Of a stretch of 64,000 nucleotides of DNA, positions 25,347-39,491 are shown piece after piece (positions within the stretch are counted from its first letter, which is position 1; every line of letters begins with the position of its first letter). The notes under the pieces were generated by a model. The model was given only the letters and a program-made list of their open reading frames with translations. It did no database searches and was not told where the DNA came from. A program made the position numbers and the translations under genes. Source of the stretch: Podarcis liolepis (lineage: Eukaryota); the NCBI GenBank assembly GCA_965112155.1, contig OZ218102.1, one strand, 5' to 3'.

Positions 25347-28300
25347 CTGCAAAAGGGAGAGACAGTAGTTTTATTCTTTTGCGCTCCAAGCTTCACCTAA
25401 TTGCCAAGCAACAGACTCTTTCTTAGTGCACAGAGAAGAAACTGTACTGTTGTTCATACAGAAATTCACAAAGCCCTTGGAGGTTGGTTGGTTTGTTTCC
25501 TCCCCTAGTACCTACAAAATGCTGCAATTATTAGGGAATCTAGTTGTATCATCAATTCTCTCCCTGTGTCAAAAACTGAAAGCTTTGATTCAGAGAAGAA
25601 GAAAAGCTAAGAATTGTGAAGAGAGATCACATTATCTGAAAAGACAGGCAATAGGAGAAAGGAGGTGCTTTTTGTCTGAAACACCATGAGCTAGCCTTAG
25701 GCTTCAATGAACTGATAGGAGGAAGAGGAGCAAGCTACTATTAGCCTGCAAACACATTTCCTACCAAATGGGTCAAATAATCTAACCTTCAAAGAACTTC
25801 TTTGTTAAACCATGCCTGAAATACCAAGACGTAATCCAGTGCTAATAGACAAAAGATATACCTGCCCTAGCAAAAATCATGTTTCTTCTGCAAGGGTCAG
25901 ATAAACCAGATACACAAGGGCATTTAGGCATAGCATCAAAACCCCTTATCTCCTACCCATGTTTTCACCCTCAAGAGTTCCTACAGCATGGCTTTTAAGG
26001 AGACTGTACAGTTAGCTATTATCAACAATATCTTTTTCACAGCATTCCTTAAATTCAGCACTGTTCCTGCAGTGGCGGCACCACATTGCACTAGAAATCG
26101 CATGCATTTGATGTGCATGATATTAAAGGTGACATCTGCAGCAAATCAACATCACAGGCTGTCATAGCTCTAGGCACCTCATTTAATTTCTTCTGGGATT
26201 TAGAAGCTTAGAAGTTGAAATTGAACAAATAGGCCCTGTTCTTTGAAAAATGTTCAACTTGAACTGAGCACCACCTTTTGAGAATATTTAAGAGCTCCTA
26301 ACAACAGGACACTATGAAGAGACTGGTAGCAGACAGTAGCCATTTATTCCCCTATTGGGGGGGAAATTCCCTGTAAGAAAATGATAGGAAAATCTGAGAT
26401 AAGTATCTCTGTTGTTCTACACACATTCAAAACTCTCATCCAAGAGGATCTTTTCCTCCCAGGGAAACTTTCAGCTACAACTAACAAGGTAAACAGTCCC
26501 TAGAGCAGCAAACAGGCCCTAGACTATCAAATGGTACTCACTATGGGGCTTTTGAAATGCCACAACACTTCAATAGACCTGGTGGCATTGTGCAAACAGT
26601 TCCTGCCTCACTAGCCTGCTGTAACTGGTTACTCAAGCTAGGACATGGTTCTGCCTTTGTATGGAGACTGTTTGTAAAACATACAACACCCCCCTCTACC
26701 TTACAAGTGTGCTCCGCCTTTAGCAACCAATGCTAGGTTTTCTAGGCTCAGGCAAACAGTGGACATATCTGGACAGCAATAACTGGAAATATGCTTCATG
26801 AAAGACCACAGCAGGGGATGAAAACAGCCCTCCTCTGCTGTCTGCACCTCAGCTCGGGATGTTCAGAGAAAGACAATCTTTGAGACTGGGAGGCTCTGTT
26901 TAGCTATCATATTATGCAGTGATACACCCATCCTCTATAAGTCTCATTTTAAAGTCATCTAAGCCTGTGGCCCTCACTACATCTTGCAGCACTGAATTAC
27001 ACTAGGCAAGATGGAACAATGAGAATACTGTGCAAACACAGAAATGATGCTTTACATTTATGGAGAAGACATGTTTGTATTTTGAGGCTATTTCCCCCAT
27101 CTTGCAGGATCAGCAGTTAGGAATTTGAATCTCACTTGCATTTACCAAGAGCACTTAAAAAAACACAACTGAACTCACATTTCTTGTTTACAATGAAGGC
27201 TTGGCATATACTATGCAATGACAAAATAGGAAAGCTGAAACATTTTCTAAAAATGTAAAAAAAAGAAGCAGACGTATGAGTGGCATGACCAGCAAAACCT
27301 CTCTCTCATCCATTGGAGGGAGTCTCTACAGCAAGGCTAAAGGAAACTGGAGGTTTTGAGAAAGCAAAGGTAACTCTATAGGTCTGGTTGTTGATGCCAA
27401 GAAACAATAACAAATTCCTTAAAATTACATTTTATGAACTAATGTTAACAGGAAAAACTTGGCTGGCCAACAATAGATGTTCTCTGTAAAAAGGGTTTGT
27501 CTGCACTGGTTGTTACCCAACCCCAGATGTATCCTAGAAACATTCTCATTCTAATAGTTGATCTCATACAGCAGGGGTGGGGAACCAATGTGGCCCATGA
27601 GGCGATTTCTCCCAAACCACGCCTACCTGCCGATGTCAGTAGATCAGTAGGACGATGGGGTTTAAGTCTGGCTTGGCTGTGTATCCTGTTCCCAGCAGGA
27701 TGTAATCTCTGCCCATTTGCCCATGGGTGGGAATTATATCCTGCTCAGAAGTGCTGTTTGAGGCAGTGCATGTTCTTCTCCTACAAGTACGCAGGCAATG
27801 TGGGGAAGAAAGGTCTCTCACACTCTCCCCCCTGCCACTACCACCTGCTCACAAGAGAAGTGTGCAAGTGGCTTCAAACAGTGCTTTTGAGAAGAGAGAG
27901 AGCCCCGTGCTCCTGTTTCAGCAAAGGGGTGCATAAAAGCACTGTTTAAAGGAGAATGGGGATGGATATTTCAAACAGCGCTTTTGGAACTCAGTACCTA
28001 GCAGCTGGCGTGAAGGAAGAACGATCCTCCTAAGAACTGGGCTTTCGGTGCATGTGAGGGCTCTTTGCTGAGTAGGATCCCCACCACCACTGGCTGATGA
28101 AAGGGCAAGTGAACCTGTTTGGTGCAGGAATGTAAGAGTGCACCCTGCAGGGAGCTCTCTCACATGCCTGAAATTAGCATTAAAAGAATCCCCCTCCCTA
28201 AGCACTGGCTAATGTGAAGGGTGAGCAATCCTGCTTGCTCTTCGAAACAGCAGCGAGGCTTCTCTGCTTTCGCTTGCAAAATATAGCTTTATTTCTCCCA

Positions 28301-28379
28301 CCCCAAGCCAAGCAAAGGGGAGAGGAGAAACAAAGCTAGGTTTTGCCATCCTTCTCCCTTGATCCAGGTACCCCAAAGG

Positions 28380-30075
28380 TTATATTTTCAACACACATTG
28401 TCTGACTTCTTCAACTATGCTGGAATCCACTGACCTGTCCCTCGGTACACGACTTCCTCGGCCTACAATGATGATATGATGACCACAGATATGACAGAAA
28501 TGTGGTAGGTGGCTGAAGTGCCACAGCAAAACAGCCCTTTTTGGGGTAGGAAGAGACAATGCTGCTGCAGCTTCTATGGAGGAAAAGCGTTTTGTGGGAA
28601 CAAGCAGTTTGTTGTTGGAATCCTGCTAATTATTTCACTTATAAAAGTTGCCACCTTAGACCATTCTTGCTGTGACATATTCACACCATCTAAAACCTGA
28701 GGAAGTATTTTTTGTCCTTCAGATCGATTGTTTAAGCCACCAAATGGAATCACACAAACTAAGGTTTATTAAATTAGGTTGATGGTCTGAACATGGACCT
28801 GAGCCCGGATCACTTCAAGAACCCAGTTCACTTTCTGGACACCAGTGTGCTTCTATGCAATAAAAATGCAAGCATCACCTTATACCAGAAACCCACTGCA
28901 CATTTGTAATCTAACTTTCACCACAAAGACACTACAAGATCCACTGTCCATAGCCAAGTCTTATTAAGAGAACTGCATCTGTTCCAACCTGTTGCACAGG
29001 GACTCACACCTTTAGGATTTACATCAGGAATTTCTTAAACAATTAACACCAACCCAATGAAGTGAAAAAGCAGGATCATCAAGGTTATACTTGTATCTAG
29101 AAATAATCTACTACAGGAGAGTCCCGTAAGGGGGAAAATTTGACAGAACACTACCTGTCATCTACAGCTCACAAGTAAACCATGTCTGCATAATGTCAAG
29201 GATCTACAGGCCATCCTGAACAATGATACTGTTTTCTCACAGGCCTTGAGTTGACTTATCCTTGCTTGAAGATAGCTACTCTCAAATTCAAGGTTCTGGT
29301 TAACAGAGAAAGCCTGGAATAGTTGGGGCTCTGACTACCAGAAGGAGTGCCTCTCCTGCCCAGGGTCTGATATTTGCTGAGATCTTTTAAAGTAGCTGTA
29401 CATGGACACAGACCCTACTGCAACCCTAGATGCCTGAGTGTTTATTAAGACAAAGTTGATGCACTATTGTAAGACCTAATGTTAAGGACTCGTGCACCTG
29501 CTCATATTCCTTTGTAATATATTGTCACCTGCTAGCAATGTCCTTCTACATAAAGGTCAGTCTCTATGCAAAAGATGAAACGTTTGCAAATCAGACACTA
29601 GAAATGGCAGCATTCAGAAACCAGTAAGAGTACATTTCAACATCCCAGAGCCCTGTTACTAACCTGAAAAATTGCATTCTCTGAAATTATTTTATAAGGA
29701 GACTCCAGCGTGAAATTGTTGAATTAGAACCAAGAAGTCCAAGTCTGTTCAGGCTTGAATACAGACAATAGTTTCCTGTTCAGTACAAATGTTAACTAAC
29801 AATTGCAAAACTTAGGATAATTATATTATCACCAATTGCTGCTTTTGTGAATGTTTTCCCCGTTCTCTTCAGGTTTATAGTTGTGACAATTTTATGTACT
29901 TGTTGCTGTTCACGGCCATTTGGCCCCCTTTTCTCTCTCTCTCTCTTTCTCTCTCTCCCACTTCTCTATACCCATACTGCCAACTGTGTATAATACTACA
30001 TGTATCTGATGAAGTGGACTCCAGCCCATGAACACTTATGGTAATAGAACACTGATGCCATGGGACCCTATGTTT
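28380..30075 (+). mobile_element. Degraded Penelope-like retroelement (RT C-terminus, GIY-YIG endonuclease, terminal hammerhead-like motif)
   Basis: Broken-frame peptides VHFLDT, TLYQKPT, TTRSTVHSQ, CICSN, DSHL, KSDTRNGSIQKPVRVHFNIP, RLQREIVELE and GLNTDNSFL occur in Penelope order, then CTGATGAAGTGGAC..CCATGAA at 30006. The segment before about 28790 is less certain. Confidence 0.8.
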
Positions 30076-31728
30076 CCAATTCTCTGCAATCTACCTACCC
30101 AATTCTGGACAGACATTGCCAAGAACAGTGCCTCCTTCCCTCCAACAGTGGAAGGGAGGGAGGGAGGCCTGCATCTTCATACTGCTAATGGACCTTCTTA
30201 TATGAATAGCAGCCAGGAATTTAATGGGGCAAGAGCTTGCAAACTTGAGAGAGCTGACTGTTTCTTCTCTTGCTAAAAATGGGATGGTGCGGCAGAGTCA
30301 TTCAAGCTTAGACTGTAGAATCAACCCTATGCTGGTCCCTGGAGAGGCTAAACATGGCTTAATAGTGCCTCTCAACACCTACCAGAGGGTAAGGCACTAT
30401 TGCCTTGTTTTGCTTCAACAAACCTAGGGGATGATTTGCACAGTGCTATGTATGTACACAAATCTTGAGAAAGTGATAAAACTGCTAAATGCTTGCCTCT
30501 GGATAGCCTTACTAGAACGGAGCAATTGTACAATATATTAAGTCAGCTCTCTTAGTTTGTTCAAGCAACAAGTAAAGCAGTTTGTGGTGGGTGTTGGTAA
30601 TTGTGTTGGAATGTGCTTGTCACAATCATCACACTTCCCCTGTAAAGCTACACTACTCAAGGGAGACTTGAGGAAATGACACAAAAGACTCAACCTATAT
30701 TGTTCCACAAACCTTTAGCATATATTGGTATTCCCAGCATGCCACTGAGACTTGGGGAACTTTAAAGAAAAAATTATTTTATTGAAACAAGAAATTACTC
30801 TTCAGAGGTAATCTCAAAAACTGCATGTCAGAGACCCTTATTTTCTTATGAAATGCTTGGATAAGGATTTTTATGAAGAGAAATCCTTCTTTATCAACGT
30901 AACAGAATTTTTTGGGCATGAAACCTAAGAGTGATTCAATACACATCAAAGACATGGACCTTTCAAAAAGGTACATCAAGTTCCCTGCTCTAAAAATAAG
31001 AACCCAAGTCAAGGCCTGTTAGGGATTAGCCTTCTGTTAAATATTAAAGAAAAGTAGCTAACAGGAGGCAAAAATGGCTGAATAATAGGACATTCCAAGG
31101 ATGGTTTTGAGTCTGGTTGGTTAAGTACAGTTGCAACTTATGTTTGCTTTTTTCACCTGATGCTATGGTTTTCACCTGTTTTGCCACATTTGTGACTTGT
31201 TTCCCTATGCTGTTGCATACCACCTTGGGACCCTACATGACAAAGGGTTAAATAAATAAAATATTTGTTACAGCTGTTGCTATTATTACTGTTATATAGC
31301 CAAAGCTTGAGAAGAACTTGATTAGCAAGGGTGATCAACAAAATGGCAGACTGAAACCTTAATAGTGACTTCAATGTGCACAGTGGAGCTTCTCACTTCC
31401 CATGCCAGGCCTGGTTCAAGTGCTGCCCTGCATTCTTGCTTGACAAGCCAAATGCCAGGCACTTTTGAAAGCAAATTTTGAATGTGGTATGAGCAGTGGC
31501 TGCTGCAATTTCTTGTGTATTTCTTCCCAATGATCACATATGCAGCTACACTTAGACAACACCAAGCGCAGAATTAGTTGTTACCACTACCTAAAAGGCA
31601 GTACCCATTTCTCACAGTGGCCAGCTCCTGGGAAGATGGCAAACACAACATAAAGGCAAGAGCCCTCCAACACTGTTGCTCCCAAGAATATTGTTGTATT
31701 CACTGGCATACTGCCTCTTAACATGGCT

Positions 31729-31959
31729 CATGGGCATAGCCGGAAGGGGGAAGCTGCCTCCCCCCATCAAGTAAATAAATAAAAATACTTAACTAAAAGT
31801 AGAAACTGTAAAAAGATTTTTTGACAGATTTTTCTGAGCAAAAGAAAGTGATTTAAAACTGTTGTTGAGACATTTCATTCCAAATCTGCCAGACAGAGGA
31901 TGATGACAGGTGGGTGTCCTGCCTCCCCCCCCCCAACATAAATCCTGCCTATGCCTATG
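31729..31959. mobile_element. hAT-type MITE
   Basis: CATGGGCATAG ... CTATGCCTATG ends; 8-bp target duplication ACATGGCT/GCATGGCT. Confidence 0.8.
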
Positions 31960-34900
31960 GCATGGCTGTTTCATACACCCATTATGGCTTACACCTGTTG
32001 AGATGCCTATGCTCCGCAACAAATAGGAAGTTAAATTTTATTTGGAAACAGATAACACACAGCAACATCAAGAGGAGACATTTTTTACACTGCTCATACC
32101 TGTAGGCATAATCAGGCATGGCAGCAGCCTTCTTTGGTTATTAGATTTTTATCATTGTCTAAATTGTAGGAAGTGGCTGTGTCAGGGAGGGGAATTTTTG
32201 TATTTGCGGAGGCTCCTTATAGGGGAAAGTATGGTTCCAAAATGTGCTGGAAGCCTCCATAGATATTAAAGGCTCCCCCACCAGACACAGTCACCTTTTA
32301 CAAAGTGGAACACGACAAAAACTGATGAAGGCCAGAGCTAGAATACTCATCCCTAACAGCCCCTGTTTTCTTACCCACATTTCTTACATCTGAAGGCAGA
32401 TAGTGTTGCTATTTTTAATACTTTAATAATAGCTGGGAGGGGGTGGCAGGGGAGATCCAGCCAGAATCGCAGAACTGGAGTGTGTTTTAACCACTCTCTC
32501 CACACCATTCTTTCTGTGGGTCAAAACATGCAGATATTATAAAGGTATTAATTTCTGCCCAAGACAAATGACAGCCCCAGGGAGAGGCATTATCCCTTTC
32601 CTCTTACCCTGTAGTTTCAATGGGGGGAGGCATGGCTGTGACTATTAAAATACTGTTTAAAAAACCAGCTGCCTACTGTTGTATCTAGTCTGGCCCTGAG
32701 CTGTAGAACTTTTCTCACCAGCAGCATAGTAACATCCAACAGCAAAATCATGTTACAAAAGATGGCTAAGCATGTAAATTACAGGACTGCTTTTCAAATG
32801 AGTTTTCACCTAGATGAAGGTGAGGTCAGGCTCAGCACACCAGTTTCTCCAACATGTGTATTTACAGCAAAATGAACATTTGTGCCAGTTTCAAAATAAT
32901 GATGTTCGCTATTTTTCTTACCTTTCACATTATATTGTTAGATGTATAAATATAAATTCAGAGTGGGCAAGCAACAACTATGCATTTGCAAATGCCTGTT
33001 AAGCAGATAAAGACACAATGGAGCCAAGAGAGGGGTGGTCCTTTAATACAGCAAAGGCACTAGCAAATGCATGTGTGCTGCTACATAAAGAATGAAGCAG
33101 CCATTCTATTATTTCGGAAAAGGGACTGTCTTAATGCAAGTTCTGTCTTAGCTTTTTAATGCTTTGACTATTCCTAACACCATGGACTGACAGATGCTGG
33201 AAGAAAACAGGAAGAAATAGAAAATGCTGTTTTAATAGCTTCAATGCTATTAAAATTTTTGTATGTGGTTTCTATGACAGAAAGCCCATTACACAACACT
33301 GGATAGGCTATTTGTTTGACCCAGCATGGCTGTTTTAATGCTCACCTGAAGCATTCACTCTGCCCCCAGGAAGAGGTTTGCCTTAGCAATATCTTCAGAA
33401 AGAGGTGCTGATGCTTTTGGCAGCCATTATTCCAGAGGAGGTGAAACCGTTGCTGGAAGCCTTTGATCATGTACAGCATTAGTATGAGTGTTACACATCA
33501 GAGACACTGCCACAGTAACTAACATACAAACAGAAGCTTAGTGCTAACAAATGAGACTTCTTGCTTGCTTAGCATCTTTGTGGCTCAAAGTGATTTTCTC
33601 ATTGAACAATACCGGAGACAGTGGAAGGTGTTAGGGAATTAAGCTAGGCTGACACAAGGAATCCTGAAGTTTCAGCTTTGTGTAACTGATTAGCAGGTAT
33701 AAAAAACTTGTAGAAAAGTTTTCTTCATGGACTTTAATATGTAATGCTAAAAAGCCTCAAATTTTGTGGCCAAAAAACCTTAATTTGCTATGAGATTATT
33801 ATAAAATCTAAATAATATTAAGTTGCACTCCTCTCCATAATACTATTTGGGGGAGCATATAGATTCCTAAACAATCTGGAATTGTGTGTTCCAAGTTGAT
33901 GTTAGGGAGCTCAGCAAGTTCTGAGCTTAAAAAGGTGGAGAAAAAGGTATGCAACTGCAAGAGAGTATTAAAAAAGACATTGAGGAAGAACTATGAGCTG
34001 TACTGAGGGCAGAAGGCTCACTTTGTGACTAATGGATGCTCTCTGTATGAAAAATGAATAGTATATGCATCAGGTACTAGCAATGGCAGCTTGGGGGGGG
34101 GTCTGAACTTTTGGTGTGGAAGCTAAAACCAAACATGACAGAAGCCTTATTTTGGTGTTCAATCACCTCACATGTAAGCAAAGTGGGGCCAACTGTTGAA
34201 ATCAAACCATGAAGTCAAACAAAATGGGGTCTGTAGTCACTGCAAGTCAGCTCATCAGTGGCAGCTGCAAGCCCCACTTCCAGCAGGGACTGGCTGCACT
34301 CATGAGATCCTGTGTAGAACCAATCCCAGAAGCGGATTTGACACCCATTTTAAAAGGCACCAAATAAAAGCCCCCTCCCAATGCAGCTGCGTCTTTTTAC
34401 CTGCCTCACACCTGACATGTGACGTCAAGTGTGGGGTAAGTGGACATGGATTGGGGGAAATTGCCTCCAGAGGTATCTCACCGCTGCTGTAATCCATTGG
34501 ACGTGTGGCTGTCTTTCAACAATGTTCACTGAGGCAGAGTGTGTGCCTATTAACAGATACTGACTGCCAGGGATTTTATTATTTCAGAGTTAAAACATCT
34601 AGACTGGATTTCAGTTTGCTTCCAAGGTTTTGTTTGTTTGTTTTTACCAGAGAAGTGAGTAGTTTGCTTCCAAGTTAAATGCAAAATACTGGGTTATGTT
34701 TTGTTTTCCTTTTAAATCCTTAAACAGGCTAAGGTCAGGGTATCTAAGAGCAGCCCTGCTGGATCAGACAAGGGGATGAGCTGCTTTTTCTTGCTCAATT
34801 TAATTCACCTTCACCTTGGCAAGATTAGTACTTAAAGTGGAGCTAATCAATTCTTGGTAAACACACCTTGTTCCTGTAGAAGTATGACCGTAGGGTTTTT

Positions 34901-37593
34901 GGCAGCTGATTTTCTGTAAGGTAGTAGTAATAGAAGGAAAGGTGCTTTGGAAACATGAGTGCCATATTTCCAAAGAAGGCATACAAAACACTGGTTGACC
35001 TCTGTCAAGATTCAGAGAGCACAGCTGGATTGCTGACTGCTAAAAGGTTTAAAGATCTTTCTATAAGGATGTACATTGTATTTAATTTATAGCTGAACAT
35101 TTACATTTCATCATGTTCAGAATCAAGAAAAGTCCAACCTGGATCTTCCTTAGTTCAGTCACATGCTCACCTTTATATCCACATGCTCACCTTTACATCC
35201 ATCCTTGCTATCACAATTTCCTGGTGGTTTTTACATTAGAAAACATAATATAATCCTCTACATGTCTACTCAGGAGTAAATCCCATTATGTTCTGTGGAG
35301 CTTATTCCCAAGTAAACGGGCAAAGGCTTATAGTCTGAATCTTACTACATTCTCTTTTGTTATCGTTATCCAAAACATGCTTTCCATTTAGAGCCAAATA
35401 CCTTTATGCTTCTAATGAGGAGTCAAAAGCACTCATTTAGAGGTCACATTTTTTACACTTTCATACATCTCCCACTTCCTTGCTAGACAAAAATGAAACA
35501 CAGTAAAAGGGCTGGGTACGAGTAGTCACTGTTAGGTACAAAATCGAACGGGGAGTAAATGTGGTTGGGTGTCCAGAGCACACCCAGCCCCAACAAGAAT
35601 AAGCAATTGGTAGTTTAGTTCTTTGTTGGCAAAACACTCAACTACATCAGCTCCTAAGGTGCAAGGGATATACACAGCACTCCTACTAATTAGCTAGCTA
35701 GGCACCTACTTCTTCAGCATTGTACTCTGGCCCAGACAGTTGGAGCAACCATGCCCCTTCCAGCTCACTTAAGCCCCCTCACACAAGCAACTGGCGACTT
35801 CACCTGCACAGCAGCTCCAGCTGCTCCTGTCGCTTTAAGCCCCTCCTTGTCCTTGGAGACAGGGGGGAGGGACAGAGGAGCCCCCCGCAGCTGCCTGCCC
35901 ACCCAGACTCTTCCTCCAGCTCCTGCCTCACAGGTGGCACAGAACCCCCCAAATCACTGGCTTCTTTCCCTGCCCCATCCTCCTACCCCCGTGCCTTCTC
36001 TGCCCACCCCTTGGAACTCCTGCTTGTCCCTGACATTGGGGAATTCTTTATCTGATTATACAAAACCTCTGCTGAGGACAAATGTGCTCTTTTATCCCCC
36101 CAAACATGGGTTGTGCCAAGCTGCTATTTCATTTCGAAAACTAAGAATATTCTACAACTACAGGTTCACCTACTAACCTGCTTGCTCTAGGCCCTAACTA
36201 CTCATTCTAGCTTTCCTATATCTGTCAGTTATGTCTAATTATAGGGCAGGTAGCAGCAAGAAGGACGGCCAGAGGTGCATGAAACTGGGTAAGGTTATTT
36301 CCAAAAATGTCACACCCACAACCAGCAAATGTAGATCATTCTTTGTCTATTCTGAAAAGGGTCTGTACTGTTTGTGCTTTCTTAATAGCCGGAGCACTAA
36401 CTGAGAAGCTATACAGGGCTCTTCAATACATTCCCACATGGACAAATCCTAAAAAGCCATTATCTGGAGCAAATATTCAGAGGACACAGGCAATAGTACA
36501 AGAACCAGAACAATGGACTAGATCCTTTGAGTGTCTATCCTAAATCATTAGTGTGCTGGGAAAGCGAATCCATTTCTCAGAAAACAAGCTGACAGGGACT
36601 TCCTACATTTTCAACATGTTCTAAAAGTGTTTCAAGCTCCTATGCCTTAAGAATAATTTTTTTTTAAAAAAAAAAAGTTCATACCCAGCCCAATTGTGAC
36701 ACCTACAGGAGCAAAGAACTGAAGGGTTCTTAGGAAATAAATGCATCTTGAAAAATGTGAGGGGGGAGAAATGACCACACATCTAAACTTCCTGTCCTTT
36801 TCTTAACTAGTTGTAGATTATATACACAAAGCTACAGCCTTTGAAAGTATTTCAAGACGAGATACAGAAGCCATGCAGAGTTCCATCCTTCATAGGCATG
36901 GATTTCACTCAGTTGTTTCAAATAGTTCCTCTATTTCCTGCCCCCACTAGCTCATCCTAGAGGATGTACGCAGTTATGATGGCAAGATTTTAGGAAGGGT
37001 GAAACATACCCAGTGTACAAAGGGGCCAGGAGGAGTGCTGTCATTTCTAGGAATTCATGTTTTGGATATCTTAAGAAAAAAACTCTTGAATCAAAAGTGT
37101 GTTACAGTTTCATATTAAGGGAAGAGGAATACTATGCCTCTCTGCTCAAAAACCAGGCCTCTTCACAACAGCACCCTAGGCGAAGATCATTTTGCAAGGT
37201 TCCCATTTCTGCAGTTTTGATTTTCCTTTTGAGTTTTTCAAGGGTTCAAGTATTGTAACCTTGTCTTCTAGGCTGCATTGTGCTGTTCAAAAACAGTAAC
37301 TACAAGAGGTAGCTGCATTGCAGTGGTAAGAGAGGGAATTAGAGGATGCAGAGTTGGTAAAATGTTCTGGGATTCTGGGAGAGAAAATTGCTGTTTACAT
37401 AGAAGAGAGTATTAGAGACTGCCATTACTTTTTGGCTTTAAATTCTCTTTCCTAAACACTTCAAAAGAAACTGCAGCAGAATGCAAAGGCTTCCTTGGCC
37501 TAAAAATAATATAGTAAAATGAAGTGAAGAAATGTTCTTTTGGGAAGAAGGAGTGGCTGCAGCAAGATGGAAAGAGGATGAGAGGGCTCTTAC

Positions 37594-37732
37594 TTGTAAC
37601 CAAGGCCCATGTGCTGCATATGGATGCTCCTCTGTAGCAAAGGCCCCTTCAACTCCTGTTGACACAAAAGTGATTGCTGTATCTCCCGTAATACTTTTGT
37701 ATGTAAAGTGCCGTCCATGTAATAGTCTGCCC
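37594..37732 (-). CDS. SUFU: SUFU coding exon 10 (139 nt)
   Basis: ttccag acceptor, gtaaga donor; GRLLHGRHFTYKSITGDTAITFVSTGVEGAFATEEHPYAAHGPWLQ. Confidence 0.98.
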
Positions 37733-38385
37733 CTGGAAGAGTAAATATAAACACTCATAAATGTGATTTCTAAATCCACAGTATCTTCTCCATGTGACAC
37801 ACTGCTATATTATAAGCACTAAACTACTCAAGTCTCACAGCATGTACGCACATTACTCTAAATTCACAGATAATAAAAAAGTAAGGCATAAGGGGGTGAA
37901 CATAACATGACCACAGTAAACTATGATTAAGGCCCTTGCTGACTATTTTGGCCCTGGGTAAAAAAGAAGACGACTTAGATTTGACCTGTGTTTCAGTTTC
38001 AATACTGATGAGCATAGTGCAGCCTCATGGGTTCACACCACAGGGAATTACTGAGTGTGTTATAAGGGAGCTCAAGTGAAAGCAATTCCATACCAAAACT
38101 CCACTTTCGATAACCACACTCAATTGTACTCTTCCTCACTAACTGCAATACACAATCTTTCATAAATCAATCAAATCAGCTGACAGTTACTTAGGATTCT
38201 ATCGATACAGGGCTGTATATTGGACTAAATTATGATAAAAGCAGTGCCTTGTGTACCAGTGCATTATTATTAGCATGTACATTCACAAGTGAACGTCACA
38301 TGGACAAAATGCCTTGTTAAATGGTGACAGTGTGCTTGAAGTGACAGCAGCAAGAGGGTGGTAGTTCACAGAAAGCTGTAGTTCA

Positions 38386-38531
38386 CATAATTATAGAGTT
38401 GGAATCGACACCGAGGATCATCTCGTCCAATGCCCTGCAATGCATGAATATGCAGCCATCCCATATGTGGTTCGAACCTGCAACCTTGGAGTTATCAGCA
38501 CCACGCTCTAACCAACTGAGCGAACCAGGCT
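38386..38531 (-). mobile_element. tRNA-derived SINE with CR1-like tail
   Basis: Minus strand GCTCAGTTGGTTAGAGCGTGGTGCTGATAACTCCAAGGTTGCAGGTTCGAACC (tRNA-Ile-like), then TTGGAC.AGATGATCCTC..TTCCAACTCTA. Confidence 0.8.
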
Positions 38532-38541
38532 GACTACTCAC

Positions 38542-38676
38542 CTTAAACAAAGTGGAATCAATGCTCCTGATTCCTGGTTGAATTTCAGGTGCACACTCTC
38601 AAGCTGTCTTGTGCGAATCAATTCATGAGGAATAATTGTTGCCGAGCTTTCACTTTCTAGGCTGTCCTTCCGACTC
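38542..38676 (-). CDS. SUFU: SUFU coding exon 9 (135 nt)
   Basis: ctcttag acceptor, gtgagt donor; SRKDSLESESSATIIPHELIRTRQLESVHLKFNQESGALIPLCL(R), including the RKDS PKA-type site. Confidence 0.97.
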
Positions 38677-38944
38677 CTAAGAGAAAGAAAAACATAGGCG
38701 TGAATTTAGAGCCCAAGACCAATACCCTGCTTTACATCACTTTGTAAAGTTAATGGCAAAGGCAGACAGATGTGCCCTGGAAAATGGACAACACACTTTT
38801 CCAACAGAGAGGAACATGGCTGTATGCAACCATCCTCAGCAAAAGTACACTATGTTCTACCCTCCAATTTAATATTCCAGCGTATCACATGCAATTTTGA
38901 CCCAGTAATTCTGGCTCACAGGCAGCTTATTCTCCAGCTCTATC

Positions 38945-39125
38945 TATCTATTTAGAAATAAAAACATTATTTATACCCCGCCCTTCCCGGTTCAGAAAAC
39001 CGGGCTCAGGGCGGCTAACAACAAATTTAAAACATTTAATTGATGCAACAAAAAACAGCATAAAATACAATATAAAACATGAGTAACAATAAATTCAGAA
39101 TTCAAAAAACAATTTAGGGGGGAAA
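38945..39125 (-). mobile_element. L2-like 3' tail
   Basis: ATTTATACCCCGCCCTTCCCGG..CCGGGCTCAGGGCGGCTAACAAC terminal stem-loop followed by an A-rich stretch. Confidence 0.65.
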
Positions 39126-39491
39126 TCCATCCAAAAATCCATCTTCATGTGCTCCAAAGTGGTAACAGTAAGCATAGGGGGGGGGGCAGTAGGGTAAAAT
39201 GTGCTAGGTCCACCACTATTGCCTTCAAACCTATGAAAGCATTCCAATACACACAGGAAGCCACTACAGATACAAAAGCATCCCCACTGCAGACAGACAT
39301 TCTCCTTTCCCAAGGCAGAAGGCAAAAAAATAGAGAGAGGAGGGGTGAGGGATGAAACGACCACACTTGTTCCTGCTGCCTCATCTCACAAGTTTCAGGA
39401 CTTTGAGGCACCTGAAAATGGCTACACTCTCATTTTAGTATGAGCTATATTTTTTAAAGGTGTCACTCCTACTTTCTAGTATCCAGGCTAT

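Noticed and set aside
35161-35200. 20-bp tandem duplication (similar short ones near 45880 and 52415)
   Set aside because: Ordinary slippage duplications with no further structure.
38460-38530. tRNA gene (also at 58700-58760 and 6991-7060)
   Set aside because: No complete acceptor stem, and each runs into a SINE body and tail; these are SINE heads.
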